Numbered from the whole stretch's first letter, positions 43,402-54,001 are shown. The stretch: 62,635 nucleotides of DNA, filler included, from 3 parts of 3 records of this genome joined end to end with filler, not necessarily neighbours in it, one strand, 5' to 3'. Numbers and translations are program-made. Notes: generated from the sequence alone by a model not told the origin.

Positions 43402-43420
43402 AAAATTGTGTTGTCTTGCT

Positions 43421-43768
43421 TTAACTCATCAAGAATCCAAAGTGGCTGGGTGGAATCGTGATATGCATATCCGCGTCAATTTCCGGCACATGGAACAGGA
43501 AGTACAGATTCTCTGACGGTGGGGCAATAAACAGGTTGCCCTTCATGTGTTCTTTGATGATTCCTTCCGGAAGGCCGTGCTTGGCGGCCAGCTTCTTGAT
43601 TCCCATACCTATCAGAATCATTGCTTTTGGGGTAAATTGTACGTCAAACAGGGAAAGCCTGACCGTTCCACGGTTATTGAGTTTGATTTCAGCTGCGCAA
43701 CCGCACATTGAATCGGGAATGAACATTTTGTCCTCCGCTAAAATTAAATCTTTGAAGTTGAGATTCAT
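43421..43768 (-). CDS. Hypothetical protein
   Basis: ORF of about 115 aa, co-oriented with its neighbours; start uncertain. Confidence 0.5.
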   Translation of the reverse strand: MNLNFKDLILAEDKMFIPDSMCGCAAEIKLNNRGTVRLSLFDVQFTPKAMILIGMGIKKLAAKHGLPEGIIKEHMKGNLFIAPPSENLYFLFHVPEIDADMHITIPPSHFGFLMS

Positions 43769-43948
43769 TTTCAACTAAGGCGGAGATTGAAGTTTTGTCA
43801 ACATCAAAATGAATTATCTGTAGGAGAACGCGCAGTCTCGTTCGTGTACCGGAGTGTTTATGACTATTTTCCAAAATGAAAGCCCGGAACCATTTACTGA
43901 TTCCGGGCTTATTAAACCGCATAGTTATATTTAATTGTTACAACTACA

Positions 43949-44285
43949 TTAAATTTCGAACAACATTTCAAGGTCGTCACGGGTGAGCGACTTGAGTGCG
44001 GACTGTCCCGGAATAATGGCATCCGCTACACTCTTCTTCATTTCCTGCAGTCCGAGAATTTTTTCTTCTACGGTGTTCTGGCATATCATCTTATAGGCGA
44101 AGACCTGACGCTTCTGACCGATACGGTGGGTTCGGTCAGTTGCCTGATTTTCCACTGCCGGGTTCCACCACGGATCGTAGTGGATAACGTAGTCAGCTGA
44201 GGTCAGGTTCAGTCCGGTACCACCAGCTTTCAGTGAGATCAGGAAGATGGGGATGTCCGGGCTGTCGTTGAATTTGTCCACCTGC
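43949..44285 (-). CDS. SNF2-family helicase, C-terminal part (cut by the contig end)
   Basis: [15 protein letters not shown] and [21 protein letters not shown]. Confidence 0.93.
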
Positions 44286-44385
44286 NNNNNNNNNNNNNNN
44301 NNNNNNNNNNNNNNNNNNNNNNNNNNNNNTTAATTAATTAANNNNNNNNNNNNNNNNNNNNNNNNNNNNNNNNNNNNNNNNNNNN
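44286..44385. other. Artificial contig spacer
   Basis: 44 N + TTAATTAATTAA (44330-44341) + 44 N. Confidence 0.99.
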
Positions 44386-44386
44386 T

Positions 44387-44722
44387 GAAGGAAATGAAGA
44401 AAAGCAAAGAATTAAACTGAATGTAGGAAATGGAGAAGGTGATGCCTGGAACGATGGCGGCGAAATTGACGTAAATGGTGAATGGGTACATGTTGCATTT
44501 ACTATTTCTGCGACAAATTCTGTAATTTATATCAATGGCGAATCTGTAAACCAAAACGACATTACAGGAGTAAGCTGGGATAATTGTGAAATCATGTCGA
44601 TCATGTCGGGTGATCCTAACTTTAACGAATGGGGACATAAATCTGATGCAAGTATAATGGATGAACTTCGCTTCTATAATAAAGCATTAACTCAAGCTGA
44701 AGTAATGGCAACTATGCAATAA
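44387..44722 (+). CDS. LamG (concanavalin-like) domain protein, C-terminal part (not in the ORF track)
   Basis: Manual translation ...EWVHVAFTIS...IYING...WGHKSDASIMDELRFYNKALTQAEV...Q*. Confidence 0.85.
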   Translation, partial: EGNEEKQRIKLNVGNGEGDAWNDGGEIDVNGEWVHVAFTISATNSVIYINGESVNQNDITGVSWDNCEIMSIMSGDPNFNEWGHKSDASIMDELRFYNKALTQAEVMATMQ

Positions 44723-44764
44723 AAAAGATTGTGAATTTTTAAATAAGCATATTGTTATGAATGA

Positions 44765-44800
44765 TGAAGGCTACTTAAGAACTCTTTTGAGTAGCCTTCA
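44765..44800 (+). terminator. Intercistronic hairpin, possible terminator
   Basis: TGAAGGCTACTTAAGA-ACTC-TTTTGAGTAGCCTTCA; weak T tail. Confidence 0.55.
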
Positions 44801-44926
44801 CTTCTTAAATACAGTTTATTTGTATTAATATTTAGAGCTGTATGTCGAACTTTATTCGATAGCTCAATAAAAAATAGTTGGGTTGTTAAATGAGCCTGAA
44901 TCAAGAACAGTAGAATAAGGAATTGT

Positions 44927-47308
44927 ATGATGAGAAATTTACTAATAATAATAGGTCTGTTATCAAGCTTTTTGGCAAAAGCACAGGTTATCTTTTTTGA
45001 TGAAGGTACCACTTCTTCCTACTACGATCAGGGGATTGTTGATATTAATAACCTGGGGAATAGCCTCTTCGAGAATACCTATCCACCGGGTAATCCACAA
45101 TGGAATGATAAGATTCCTTGTGTTACAAACTCCTATAAGGGGAGTACCGCGTTAAAATTTAATTACACCTCTTCTTCTGATGGAAACTGGAAAGTAACCG
45201 TTTATAGAAAATCTTGGAGTCTTGCTGATATAACGTCCAGCGATTCGCTTTCTTTTTATATGTATTGTGAGGAAGATTTTCCAGCGGAAGCTTTACCAAA
45301 AATTGCCATAAAAGCGAACTTGAAAAGTGGTTCCGGAGATCAAACTACAGCCTTATATAATCTAAGTGATTATAACGAAAGTGTACCTGGCGGGCAATGG
45401 ATACAAATCCGTTTCCCTCTTAAAAATATTCTGAACGATAGTCAGAACTCAGACTTGGATTTTACCCAAAGTAAAGGAATTATTTTTAACCAATCGGAAA
45501 GCGATAATAGCAGCCGATTGATATATATTGATGAAATTACCACTTATGAATATCTGGAATTTGTACCGGAAGTGACCGATTTTAAAACAACGGGTTACGA
45601 TTCGCATGTGGAGTTGGAGTGGAATACTCCACAGGAAGATTTAAATTACAGAATTGAAGCTTCATTTGATGGTGGCAATAACTATGAATTAAGAGCTGAA
45701 ACGGCAAATAATTATTTACTTGATTTTATTCCTCAAGAAGCTCGCAATACCTCCATCCAATATCGAATTTACACTATAGCTGGCGGTAATAAATCGGCAG
45801 CGGTTACAAATCAAGCTACTGTTCGAGACTACTCAGATGATGAATTGATGAATATGGTTCAAGAGTATACCTTTCGTTATTTCTGGGAAGGAGCGGATCC
45901 GAACTCTGGCATGACCAAGGAAAGAACCTCAGGGACAGCTGTTGCATCAGGTGCTTCAGGAATGGGATTAATGGCTATGATTGTGGCTCACGAAAGAAGT
46001 TACCGTCCTCATAATGAGGTTAAAGACCGTATACTGCAGATGCTTAATTTTCTAAAAACCTGCGATAGACACCATGGAGCTTGGTCGCATTGGTACCATG
46101 GGAATTCAGGAGTTACAAAACCTTTTAGTACTAAAGATGATGGAGGCGATATGGTTGAAACATCTTTTGTTGCATCAGCCTTAATTGCTTTAAAGAATTA
46201 CTTCATTTCGAATGACAATCAATCTATTCAGATCAGAGAAATGGCAGATGAACTTTGGCGGGAAATAGAATGGGATTGGTATCGGAATAATGGAAAAGAT
46301 CAGCTTTATTGGCACTGGTCTCCAAATTACGATTTTGAAATGAATATGAGGATCAGGGGATGGAACGAAAGTTTGATTACCTATATTATGGCTGCATCGT
46401 CACCTACATATGGGATTTCAAAAGAAGTATATGATAATGGCTGGGCTAATAATGGAGGGATGGTCAATTCGCGTTCCTTTTATGGATATGATATTAGCTT
46501 AGCTCCAGATTACGGGGGACCTCTTTTCTGGATTCATTATACACATTTAGGTATCAATCCACATAATCTATATGATGCTTATGCTGACTACTGGGAGGAG
46601 CATGTAAATACAGTAAAAATTCATCATACCTATGCAGTCAATAATCCCAAAGGACATAAAAATTATAGTGATAAATGTTGGGGATTAACCTCAAGCGATG
46701 ATCCTGATAAAGGATATTCTTCTCATAAACCTTTGTATGAAGATAATGGCACTATCGCTCCAACTGCTGCCTTGGCATCTATGCCTTATGCACCCGAAGA
46801 ATCGATGAAAGCATTAAAATATTTCTATCGCGAACGGGGTAGTGACTTATTTGGACGATATGGATTTTATGATGCTTTCAATGACAATCAGAATTGGGTA
46901 AAACAGGATTATCTGGGAATTGATCAGGGACCAATCCTAATCATGATGGAAAATTATAGAACTGGGCTACTTTGGGAATCTGTGATGAACGATAGTGATG
47001 TGCAGGAAGGTCTTTCCACACTTGGTTTTAACCAAATTACTTCTGTACCCGATTGGGAAACTAAATCAGAGTTGGCAATTTATCCTAATCCTAGCGAAGG
47101 ACAATTTAAGTTATCGTTTCCTGAAATAGCATCAAAGGACATAAGTATTAGGATATATAATTTACAAGGACAACAGGTTTATTTTGAGGAGACCTATTCT
47201 TTATCTTCTGAACTTGAAGTAAATGCTTCGAACCTAAGTGCAGGTTGTTATGTATTTGTGCTTCAGGTTAACGACCAATCTTTTACTACAAAACTAATTA
47301 TCAAATAA
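44927..47308 (+). CDS. Multi-domain GH144 (beta-1,2-glucanase family) protein with T9SS C-terminal domain
   Basis: Signal peptide, beta-sandwich, FN3-like segment; TFRYFWEGA, DDGGDMVETSF, LYWHWSP and YLGIDQGP motifs; IYPNP...KLIIK tail. Confidence 0.88.
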   Translation: MMRNLLIIIGLLSSFLAKAQVIFFDEGTTSSYYDQGIVDINNLGNSLFENTYPPGNPQWNDKIPCVTNSYKGSTALKFNYTSSSDGNWKVTVYRKSWSLADITSSDSLSFYMYCEEDFPAEALPKIAIKANLKSGSGDQTTALYNLSDYNESVPGGQWIQIRFPLKNILNDSQNSDLDFTQSKGIIFNQSESDNSSRLIYIDEITTYEYLEFVPEVTDFKTTGYDSHVELEWNTPQEDLNYRIEASFDGGNNYELRAETANNYLLDFIPQEARNTSIQYRIYTIAGGNKSAAVTNQATVRDYSDDELMNMVQEYTFRYFWEGADPNSGMTKERTSGTAVASGASGMGLMAMIVAHERSYRPHNEVKDRILQMLNFLKTCDRHHGAWSHWYHGNSGVTKPFSTKDDGGDMVETSFVASALIALKNYFISNDNQSIQIREMADELWREIEWDWYRNNGKDQLYWHWSPNYDFEMNMRIRGWNESLITYIMAASSPTYGISKEVYDNGWANNGGMVNSRSFYGYDISLAPDYGGPLFWIHYTHLGINPHNLYDAYADYWEEHVNTVKIHHTYAVNNPKGHKNYSDKCWGLTSSDDPDKGYSSHKPLYEDNGTIAPTAALASMPYAPEESMKALKYFYRERGSDLFGRYGFYDAFNDNQNWVKQDYLGIDQGPILIMMENYRTGLLWESVMNDSDVQEGLSTLGFNQITSVPDWETKSELAIYPNPSEGQFKLSFPEIASKDISIRIYNLQGQQVYFEETYSLSSELEVNASNLSAGCYVFVLQVNDQSFTTKLIIK

Positions 47309-47320
47309 TACAGCATTACA

Positions 47321-48706
47321 ATGCGAATCAAAATACTACTTTATTTACTTACGATTATAACACTGCATGCCTGTGTTGTTTCAACAAAAAAATCAAAGAG
47401 TTCGAATTCTGCCAATAAATCTGCTTTAAGCGATGAGCAATTACTCGATACTGTGCAATATCAAACCTTTCAATATTTCTGGGAAGGAGCTGAAGAAAAT
47501 TCGGGTATGGCTTGTGAGCGAATCCATTTGGATGGAGATTATCCTCACAAGGATCAGAATGTTGTTACTATAGGTGGCTCCGGGTTTGGACTTATGGCTA
47601 TTTTAGTTGGAGTTGAGAGGGGATTTGTAAGCAGGGAAGAGGCATTTATACGCTTTCAAAAGATTGTGAATTTTCTAAGTACTGCAGATCGATTTCATGG
47701 AGCTTGGCCACATTGGCTAGAAGGCGATACAGGTAATGTAAAACCATTTGGTCGTAAAGATAATGGGGGCGATTTGGTTGAAACTGCTTTTATGATTCAG
47801 GGATTGTTGACAGTGGCAGAGTATTATCGAGATGGTAGTGAAGAGGAACAGCAACTGGTTAAAGACATTGAGGAATTGTGGCAGGAGGTAGAGTGGGATT
47901 GGTATACAAAGGGAGAAAAAGTTTTGTATTGGCATTGGTCGCCAAATTTTGGCTGGGATATGAATTTTCCAGTAGGTGGATACAATGAGTGTCTGATCAT
48001 GTACATTCTCGCTGCATCATCACCTACACATTCGGTTAAACCAGAAGTTTACCATCAGGGCTGGATTTGTAATGGAAACATTAGCAAGGATACCGTTTTT
48101 TATAACCTGCCAACCATTCTTAATTATTATGAACATAGCGATGATCCGATTGGTCCTCTGTTTTGGGCACATTATTCCTACTTAGGATTAAATCCGAATG
48201 GATTAAAGGACAGATATGCTGATTATGGAGAATTGACAAGAAATCATGCGAAAATACACTATAGATATTGTGTAGATAACCCCAAAGGCTATAAAGGTTA
48301 TGGAGAAAAACAATGGGGATTGACCTCGAGTTATTCCATGAAAGGATATTCTGGTCATCATCCTGGAGAAAGTGATCTGGGAGTTATTTCACCTACAGCT
48401 GCTTTAAGCTCATTCCCTTACACTCCAAAAGAATCTATGCAATTCCTTAGATACTTATACACTGAAGCAGATTCTATGGTAGGAAAATTTGGTCCATATG
48501 ATGCGTACAGCCATTCTAATGAATGGTATGTACCTAGATATCTTGCCATCGATCAAGGACCAATTCCTGTGATGATAGAAAATTATAGAACCGGACTATT
48601 GTGGAATCTTTTTATGAGGAACAAAGATGTTCAAGAGGGATTGAAAAAGCTGGATTTTAGTGTTCAAAAGAGTTCTCTTAAAGAAATGGTAGGGAATGAT
48701 AAATAA
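47321..48706 (+). CDS. GH144 endo-beta-1,2-glucanase-family lipoprotein
   Basis: Lipobox LHAC; TFQYFWEGA, DNGGDLVETAF, GPLFWAHYS and YLAIDQGP motifs. Confidence 0.9.
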   Translation: MRIKILLYLLTIITLHACVVSTKKSKSSNSANKSALSDEQLLDTVQYQTFQYFWEGAEENSGMACERIHLDGDYPHKDQNVVTIGGSGFGLMAILVGVERGFVSREEAFIRFQKIVNFLSTADRFHGAWPHWLEGDTGNVKPFGRKDNGGDLVETAFMIQGLLTVAEYYRDGSEEEQQLVKDIEELWQEVEWDWYTKGEKVLYWHWSPNFGWDMNFPVGGYNECLIMYILAASSPTHSVKPEVYHQGWICNGNISKDTVFYNLPTILNYYEHSDDPIGPLFWAHYSYLGLNPNGLKDRYADYGELTRNHAKIHYRYCVDNPKGYKGYGEKQWGLTSSYSMKGYSGHHPGESDLGVISPTAALSSFPYTPKESMQFLRYLYTEADSMVGKFGPYDAYSHSNEWYVPRYLAIDQGPIPVMIENYRTGLLWNLFMRNKDVQEGLKKLDFSVQKSSLKEMVGNDK

Positions 48707-49496
48707 GAGTATATACAAGGGGATTGCAGTTTTCATTTTTTTGATGGGAGCAGTAACCTGTGTGGCGCAAAAAGGAGGTACATTTCAAAAATCTTTATTT
48801 GTTCAAGATGGAGATACTTTGAAATATCAAATCATATATCCGATTAATTATGACGAATCAAAGCAGTATCCGCTTATTCTTTTTCTACATGGAGCGGGTG
48901 AGCGGGGAAATGATAATGAATGTCAGATGAAATTGGGTTCGCATATTTTCAGAGATAAGCAGAATCAAATAGATTATCCAGCCATTGTACTTTTTCCTCA
49001 ATGCCCTAAAAATGTAATGTGGACGCACCGAAAGAAGTTTAAAAAGCCGGATCGAATGGTATTTGAGTTTCCCGTAAGCGACCCTGCACCTCGCCCATCT
49101 CAATTGGTGAATGCCTTGGTAGAGCAATTTGTTGTAAATAAAAAGGTTAATGCTGATAGGATGTATGTGATGGGAATATCGATGGGAGGAATTGGAGCAT
49201 TGGAATACTTGTACCGTTGGTCCGACAAGTATGCTGCAGCCTATATTGTGTGTGGTGGACATAATGATGATTTGGCCAGGTATTATGCTAATGTTCCAAT
49301 ATGGTTTGCACATGGCGATAAGGATCAAGTTGTACCCATTGATTATTCTCGATCGGTGTATGAAAAATTATCTCCATTGAATCAGAATACCCGTTTCAAG
49401 ATTTATCCCGGTATGGGACATAGTATTTGGACACCAGCCTTCGAAGAAAAAGACTTGTTGTATTGGCTGTTCCAATTCTCGAAATCAGTAAATTGA
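48696..49496 (+). CDS. Secreted alpha/beta-hydrolase (esterase)
   Basis: FLHGAGERG; GISMGG nucleophile, HGDKD and GMGH complete the triad. Confidence 0.88.
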   Translation: MINKSIYKGIAVFIFLMGAVTCVAQKGGTFQKSLFVQDGDTLKYQIIYPINYDESKQYPLILFLHGAGERGNDNECQMKLGSHIFRDKQNQIDYPAIVLFPQCPKNVMWTHRKKFKKPDRMVFEFPVSDPAPRPSQLVNALVEQFVVNKKVNADRMYVMGISMGGIGALEYLYRWSDKYAAAYIVCGGHNDDLARYYANVPIWFAHGDKDQVVPIDYSRSVYEKLSPLNQNTRFKIYPGMGHSIWTPAFEEKDLLYWLFQFSKSVN

Positions 49497-49524
49497 AAGA
49501 TAAATATCAAAAAATACAAAGCAA

Positions 49525-51330
49525 ATGCAGGCAATAAAAAGCATTTTTTTAATGATTGGCTTATGCCTTTCGGCGATGAGTAATGCCCAGGAAATTATAC
49601 CTCAAACCTATTGTAATCCTTTAGATATCGACTATACCTATATGGTATACAATTCAAGCAGGAACATTTCCTACCGATCGGGTGCGGATCCTGCTGTGGT
49701 AGAATTTCGTGATGAATACTATATGTTTGTCACTCGTTCGTTTGGTTATTGGCACTCTAGCGATTTGGTCAATTGGGACTTTATAAAACCGCAGCAATGG
49801 TTTTTCGAAGGTTGTAATGCACCTACTGCTTATAATTACAAGGATTCGCTACTGTATTTTGCTGGTGATCCGGCTGGGTATGGCAGCATACTTTATACCG
49901 ATGATCCGAAAAGTGGCAAATGGACTCCTACTGCTTCTATCACCAATGGTATTCAGGATTCAGAATTGTTTATTGATGATGATGGCAAAGCTTATTTGTA
50001 TTGGGGATCATCGAATGTTTATCCAATAAGAGTAAAGCAGTTGAATAAGGATGATAGAATGCTGGTTGTTGGAGATACAAAAGAATTGATAAACCTTGTT
50101 GAAGAAGAGCATGGGTGGGAACGATTCGGGGAAAATAATTTTCATCCCACTTTAAAGGAAGGTTATATGGAAGGTGCATCTATGACCAAACACAATGGGA
50201 AATATTATCTGCAATATGCAGCTCCTGGAACACAATTCAATGTATATGCCGACGGGGTTTATGTTGGGCATTCACCTCTAGGACCCTTTACCTACATGAA
50301 AAGTAATCCTATGAGTTTTAAGCCTGGTGGATTTACCAATGGGGCTGGTCATGGCATTACCATGCAACAGACCAATGGTCAATATTGGCACTTTGCAACA
50401 ATGGCTTTGGCCTCGAACTCACATTGGGAGCGTCGTTTGTGTATGTTCCCAACATATTTTGATGCTGATGATTTGATGTATTCTAATACTCATTATGGAG
50501 ATTACCCGCGTTATGCACCCAGCCATCCTAACAAAGCAGGAGAACATTGCGGATGGATGCTTTTATCCTATAAAGGGAAAACAACAGTATCATCTTCGAA
50601 AACACAAATCAGGAAAAGTACCTCTACTGACGATGAGTTTGTAATTAACGAAATGCCTTTCCTAAAAAATGGTGAGGGAGAGATTTTATCAGAAGTCTTG
50701 ACAGATGAAAGTCCAAAATCATTTTGGGTGGCTGATGATAATGATGATAAGCAATGGGTAAAAATAGAAATGCAGAAGCCAGGTAAAATCTATGCAATTC
50801 AATTGAATTATCATGATTATGAAACAGGTATCTATACACGTACCGAAGGTTTACGACATCGCTTCACAATTGAGGTTTCTAAGGATAACACAAACTGGCA
50901 GACTGTAGTGGATCTTAGCAAATCCTACAAAGATTCACCAAACGCATACATTGTGTTAAAACAACCAATTACTGCGAAGTATGTAAGGTATAAAAACATA
51001 GAGGTTCCTGGTGCAAATTTAGCTATGTCTGAAATTAGGGTATTTGGTATCGGAGAAGGGAAAAAACCTTCAACAGTAAAAGGATTCACAATTGGAAGAG
51101 AAGACGACAGGCGAGATATTAGTTTTTCCTGGAAAGAGGTAAAGGGTGCTCAGGGATACAATATTCGCTGGGGAATTGCTCCAGATAAGATGTATCAATC
51201 GTGGTTAATTTATAATGTAAATGATCATTTTATGCGCTGTTTGGATCGTGATACGCCTTACTATTTTTCCATAGAAGCCTTTAACGAAAATGGAATTTCG
51301 GAAAGGACTAAACCTATATTGGTAAAATAA
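49525..51330 (+). CDS. GH43 with CBM32/F5-8-type and FN3 domains (GH43_28-like)
   Basis: YCNPLD, GADP, D..LFIDDDG and MEGA beta-propeller motifs; C-terminal discoidin-like and FN3 segments. Confidence 0.85.
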   Translation: MQAIKSIFLMIGLCLSAMSNAQEIIPQTYCNPLDIDYTYMVYNSSRNISYRSGADPAVVEFRDEYYMFVTRSFGYWHSSDLVNWDFIKPQQWFFEGCNAPTAYNYKDSLLYFAGDPAGYGSILYTDDPKSGKWTPTASITNGIQDSELFIDDDGKAYLYWGSSNVYPIRVKQLNKDDRMLVVGDTKELINLVEEEHGWERFGENNFHPTLKEGYMEGASMTKHNGKYYLQYAAPGTQFNVYADGVYVGHSPLGPFTYMKSNPMSFKPGGFTNGAGHGITMQQTNGQYWHFATMALASNSHWERRLCMFPTYFDADDLMYSNTHYGDYPRYAPSHPNKAGEHCGWMLLSYKGKTTVSSSKTQIRKSTSTDDEFVINEMPFLKNGEGEILSEVLTDESPKSFWVADDNDDKQWVKIEMQKPGKIYAIQLNYHDYETGIYTRTEGLRHRFTIEVSKDNTNWQTVVDLSKSYKDSPNAYIVLKQPITAKYVRYKNIEVPGANLAMSEIRVFGIGEGKKPSTVKGFTIGREDDRRDISFSWKEVKGAQGYNIRWGIAPDKMYQSWLIYNVNDHFMRCLDRDTPYYFSIEAFNENGISERTKPILVK

Positions 51331-51357
51331 ATTAAGATCTATTATAATATAGAAAGC

Positions 51358-53985
51358 ATGAGCAGAATTATTCTGATATTACTCTTACTTGTTTTTAATT
51401 ATCATTTGGGGATTGCAAATAATACCTATACCATAAATGAAAATTGGCAATTTGCTTTGGAGGGAAAGTATTGGCAAAGAGTAAATTTACCACATACCTG
51501 GAATGCAAAAGATGCATTTGATGATGAGCCTTATTATCGTGGAACAGGTATTTATAAGAAAGAGCTTCATATTCATGCATCACAGCTTCAAAAGGAATTG
51601 TTTATTCAATTCGATGGAGTGAATGCGTTTGCGGATTTGTTCATTAATGATCAATTTGTTGGTCAGCATAAAGGTGGCTATACGGCATTTAGGTTTGATA
51701 TATCAAAATATGTGCATGTAGGAGTAAATGATGTAAAGTTGATTGTGAATAATGAATTGAATCCTAACTATCCTCCTTTGGATGGAGATTTTACCATGTT
51801 TGGAGGTATTTATCGCGATGTTCAAATTATTGAGGCTAATAAATTGCATATAGATTTGGATAATCTGGCATCATCAGGCGTTTTTATTAGTCAGAAGAAT
51901 GTAGGAGAGAAGAGTGCTGACATTATCATTAAAACCAAGCTGGTTAATAAAAGTCAACTAGCTCATATAGTCGAATTAAGAGCCAGAATATTAGATGTCA
52001 ATAACAATGTAGTATCCTCTTTTTTAAAAAAGACCAAAGTAAAGGCTAATGAGAAGATCGATATCAAAGGCAAATTTCCTTCGTTGAAAAATCCTAAGCT
52101 ATGGTCACCCGATCATCCTTATTTGTACAAAGTAGTTGTTGAAATTTTCGATGAGGAAAATCATGAACTAGATAGTAGAATTGAACCCCTCGGAGTACGC
52201 TGGTTTTCGGTCAATTCTGAAAATGGTTTCTATTTAAACGGAAAACCATTAAAATTGATTGGTGTGAATCGTCATCAGGATTTCTCAGGTTATGGAAATG
52301 CTGTACCCGATGCAGCACACCTGAAAGATTTACAACTGATAAAAGATATGGGGAGTAATTTTTTACGTATTGCTCATTATCCACAGGACAGAATTGTTCT
52401 TGAGGAGTGCGACAGGTTGGGTTTGCTGTGTTGTGTAGAGGTTCCTTTAAACAATAGGAATAATGTATTCTCAGACGAATATTGGAGTAATACAATGTTA
52501 CGTCAGAGGGAGATGGTACGTCAGTCTTTCAATCATCCATCCATAGTAATATGGGCTATGCTAAACGAATGTTTGCTGCGTACCAAACTGAGACCTCCAT
52601 TCGATCCAGAAAATGCCTATCTAAAAAAAACGGGAGAATTTGCAGCAGCTATTAATACTTTACTAAAAGAGGAAGATCCCGATCGCTTGACCATGATTGT
52701 GAATAGTGAAAAACCAGCTATTCATCTTGCAGCAGGAACCGGACTTACTCCTGATATTATTGGTTGGAACTTATATCACTGTTGGTATGGAGAAGAAAAG
52801 TTTGACAATACATTGAATAATTTTATTACCCGAATGCATCAGGAGTTCCCTGGCAAAGGATTGATGATCACAGAATATGGAGCTGGAGCAGATCCACGAA
52901 TTAGTTGCGAAGATCCGCATCGATGGGATTTTAGCCGCGAGTATCAGATTAAAGTGCATAAACATTTTATGGAGACTATTCTAAATAGAGAGGATGTGAT
53001 GGGTGGAGCAGTATGGAATTTTGCAGATTTTGCCTCGGGTGTTCGCCAGGATACCGATCCTAATATCAATTCAAAAGGCTTGATGACCAATGATAGAATT
53101 GCTAAGGATGCCTATCATTACTATCATGTTCTGTTGGCTGATAAACCTATTGTTCGTATTGCTTCGCGTGAGTTAAAAAAACGAATTGGGATTGAGAATA
53201 ATTCCGGAGCTGAGTTATGTAATCAAAACATTGAAGTGTTTGGAAAAGGTGGTGAGATTACCCTCTTTAATAATGATCAGAAGATTGGTGTTAAATTACC
53301 AGATGAACATCATTCAGCTATATTTCAGGTTCCTTTTGTTGATGGATCGAACAGCTTGGTTGCTAAATGTGGAAATAAATCTGATGAAGTTGAGATTCAA
53401 TTTAATCTAATACCAATCGATGCAGATAGGTTTAGAGGCAAGCTGAATATTTCTCTTGGAGATCATCGTCAGTTTATATCCAGGGAACCGGCTGGTGAAT
53501 GTTATGTGCCTGAAAAGAAATATACCCCAGGAAGTTGGGGGTATATTGGAGGAGAGACCATTATCAAAAATGGATTGCCTTCGGTTGGTACGGCTTTAAA
53601 CATATTTCACACACAAGATGATCCGGTTTACCAGAGCCATAGAGAAGGAATAAAAGAATTCCGTTTTGATGTGCAAGATGGATGTTTTGAAGTGAGTCTT
53701 CTGTTTATGGAACCAAATACCAGGTTAAAAAGACAGCCATTGGTATATGAACTGACTAAAGGAATTAGTAACGAAAACACCAATGAAAAAAGAGTTTTTA
53801 ACTTGTTGGTAAATGGAAAAATCGTACTAAAGGATTTTAATATTTTGGAGAATGCCGGAGCTCGATCAGCAATTGAAAAAAAGATAGTTGTTGAAGTAAA
53901 AGATAATAAAGGTATTACAGTGAAATTTATACCTATTGAAGGGACAACAATATTGAGTGGAATAAGTTTAAGAAAAATCAGATAA
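51358..53985 (+). CDS. GH2 glycosidase with C-terminal malectin-like domain
   Basis: GVNRHQD, RIAHYP, NHPSIVIW..LNE and TEYGA motifs; C-terminal RVFNLLVNG. Confidence 0.9.
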   Translation: MSRIILILLLLVFNYHLGIANNTYTINENWQFALEGKYWQRVNLPHTWNAKDAFDDEPYYRGTGIYKKELHIHASQLQKELFIQFDGVNAFADLFINDQFVGQHKGGYTAFRFDISKYVHVGVNDVKLIVNNELNPNYPPLDGDFTMFGGIYRDVQIIEANKLHIDLDNLASSGVFISQKNVGEKSADIIIKTKLVNKSQLAHIVELRARILDVNNNVVSSFLKKTKVKANEKIDIKGKFPSLKNPKLWSPDHPYLYKVVVEIFDEENHELDSRIEPLGVRWFSVNSENGFYLNGKPLKLIGVNRHQDFSGYGNAVPDAAHLKDLQLIKDMGSNFLRIAHYPQDRIVLEECDRLGLLCCVEVPLNNRNNVFSDEYWSNTMLRQREMVRQSFNHPSIVIWAMLNECLLRTKLRPPFDPENAYLKKTGEFAAAINTLLKEEDPDRLTMIVNSEKPAIHLAAGTGLTPDIIGWNLYHCWYGEEKFDNTLNNFITRMHQEFPGKGLMITEYGAGADPRISCEDPHRWDFSREYQIKVHKHFMETILNREDVMGGAVWNFADFASGVRQDTDPNINSKGLMTNDRIAKDAYHYYHVLLADKPIVRIASRELKKRIGIENNSGAELCNQNIEVFGKGGEITLFNNDQKIGVKLPDEHHSAIFQVPFVDGSNSLVAKCGNKSDEVEIQFNLIPIDADRFRGKLNISLGDHRQFISREPAGECYVPEKKYTPGSWGYIGGETIIKNGLPSVGTALNIFHTQDDPVYQSHREGIKEFRFDVQDGCFEVSLLFMEPNTRLKRQPLVYELTKGISNENTNEKRVFNLLVNGKIVLKDFNILENAGARSAIEKKIVVEVKDNKGITVKFIPIEGTTILSGISLRKIR

Positions 53986-54001
53986 TTAAAAGATTCATTA
54001 T

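Noticed and set aside
44330-44638. Minus-strand ORF crossing the N-run
   Set aside because: Artefact; the real gene is the plus-strand LamG fragment at 44387-44722.
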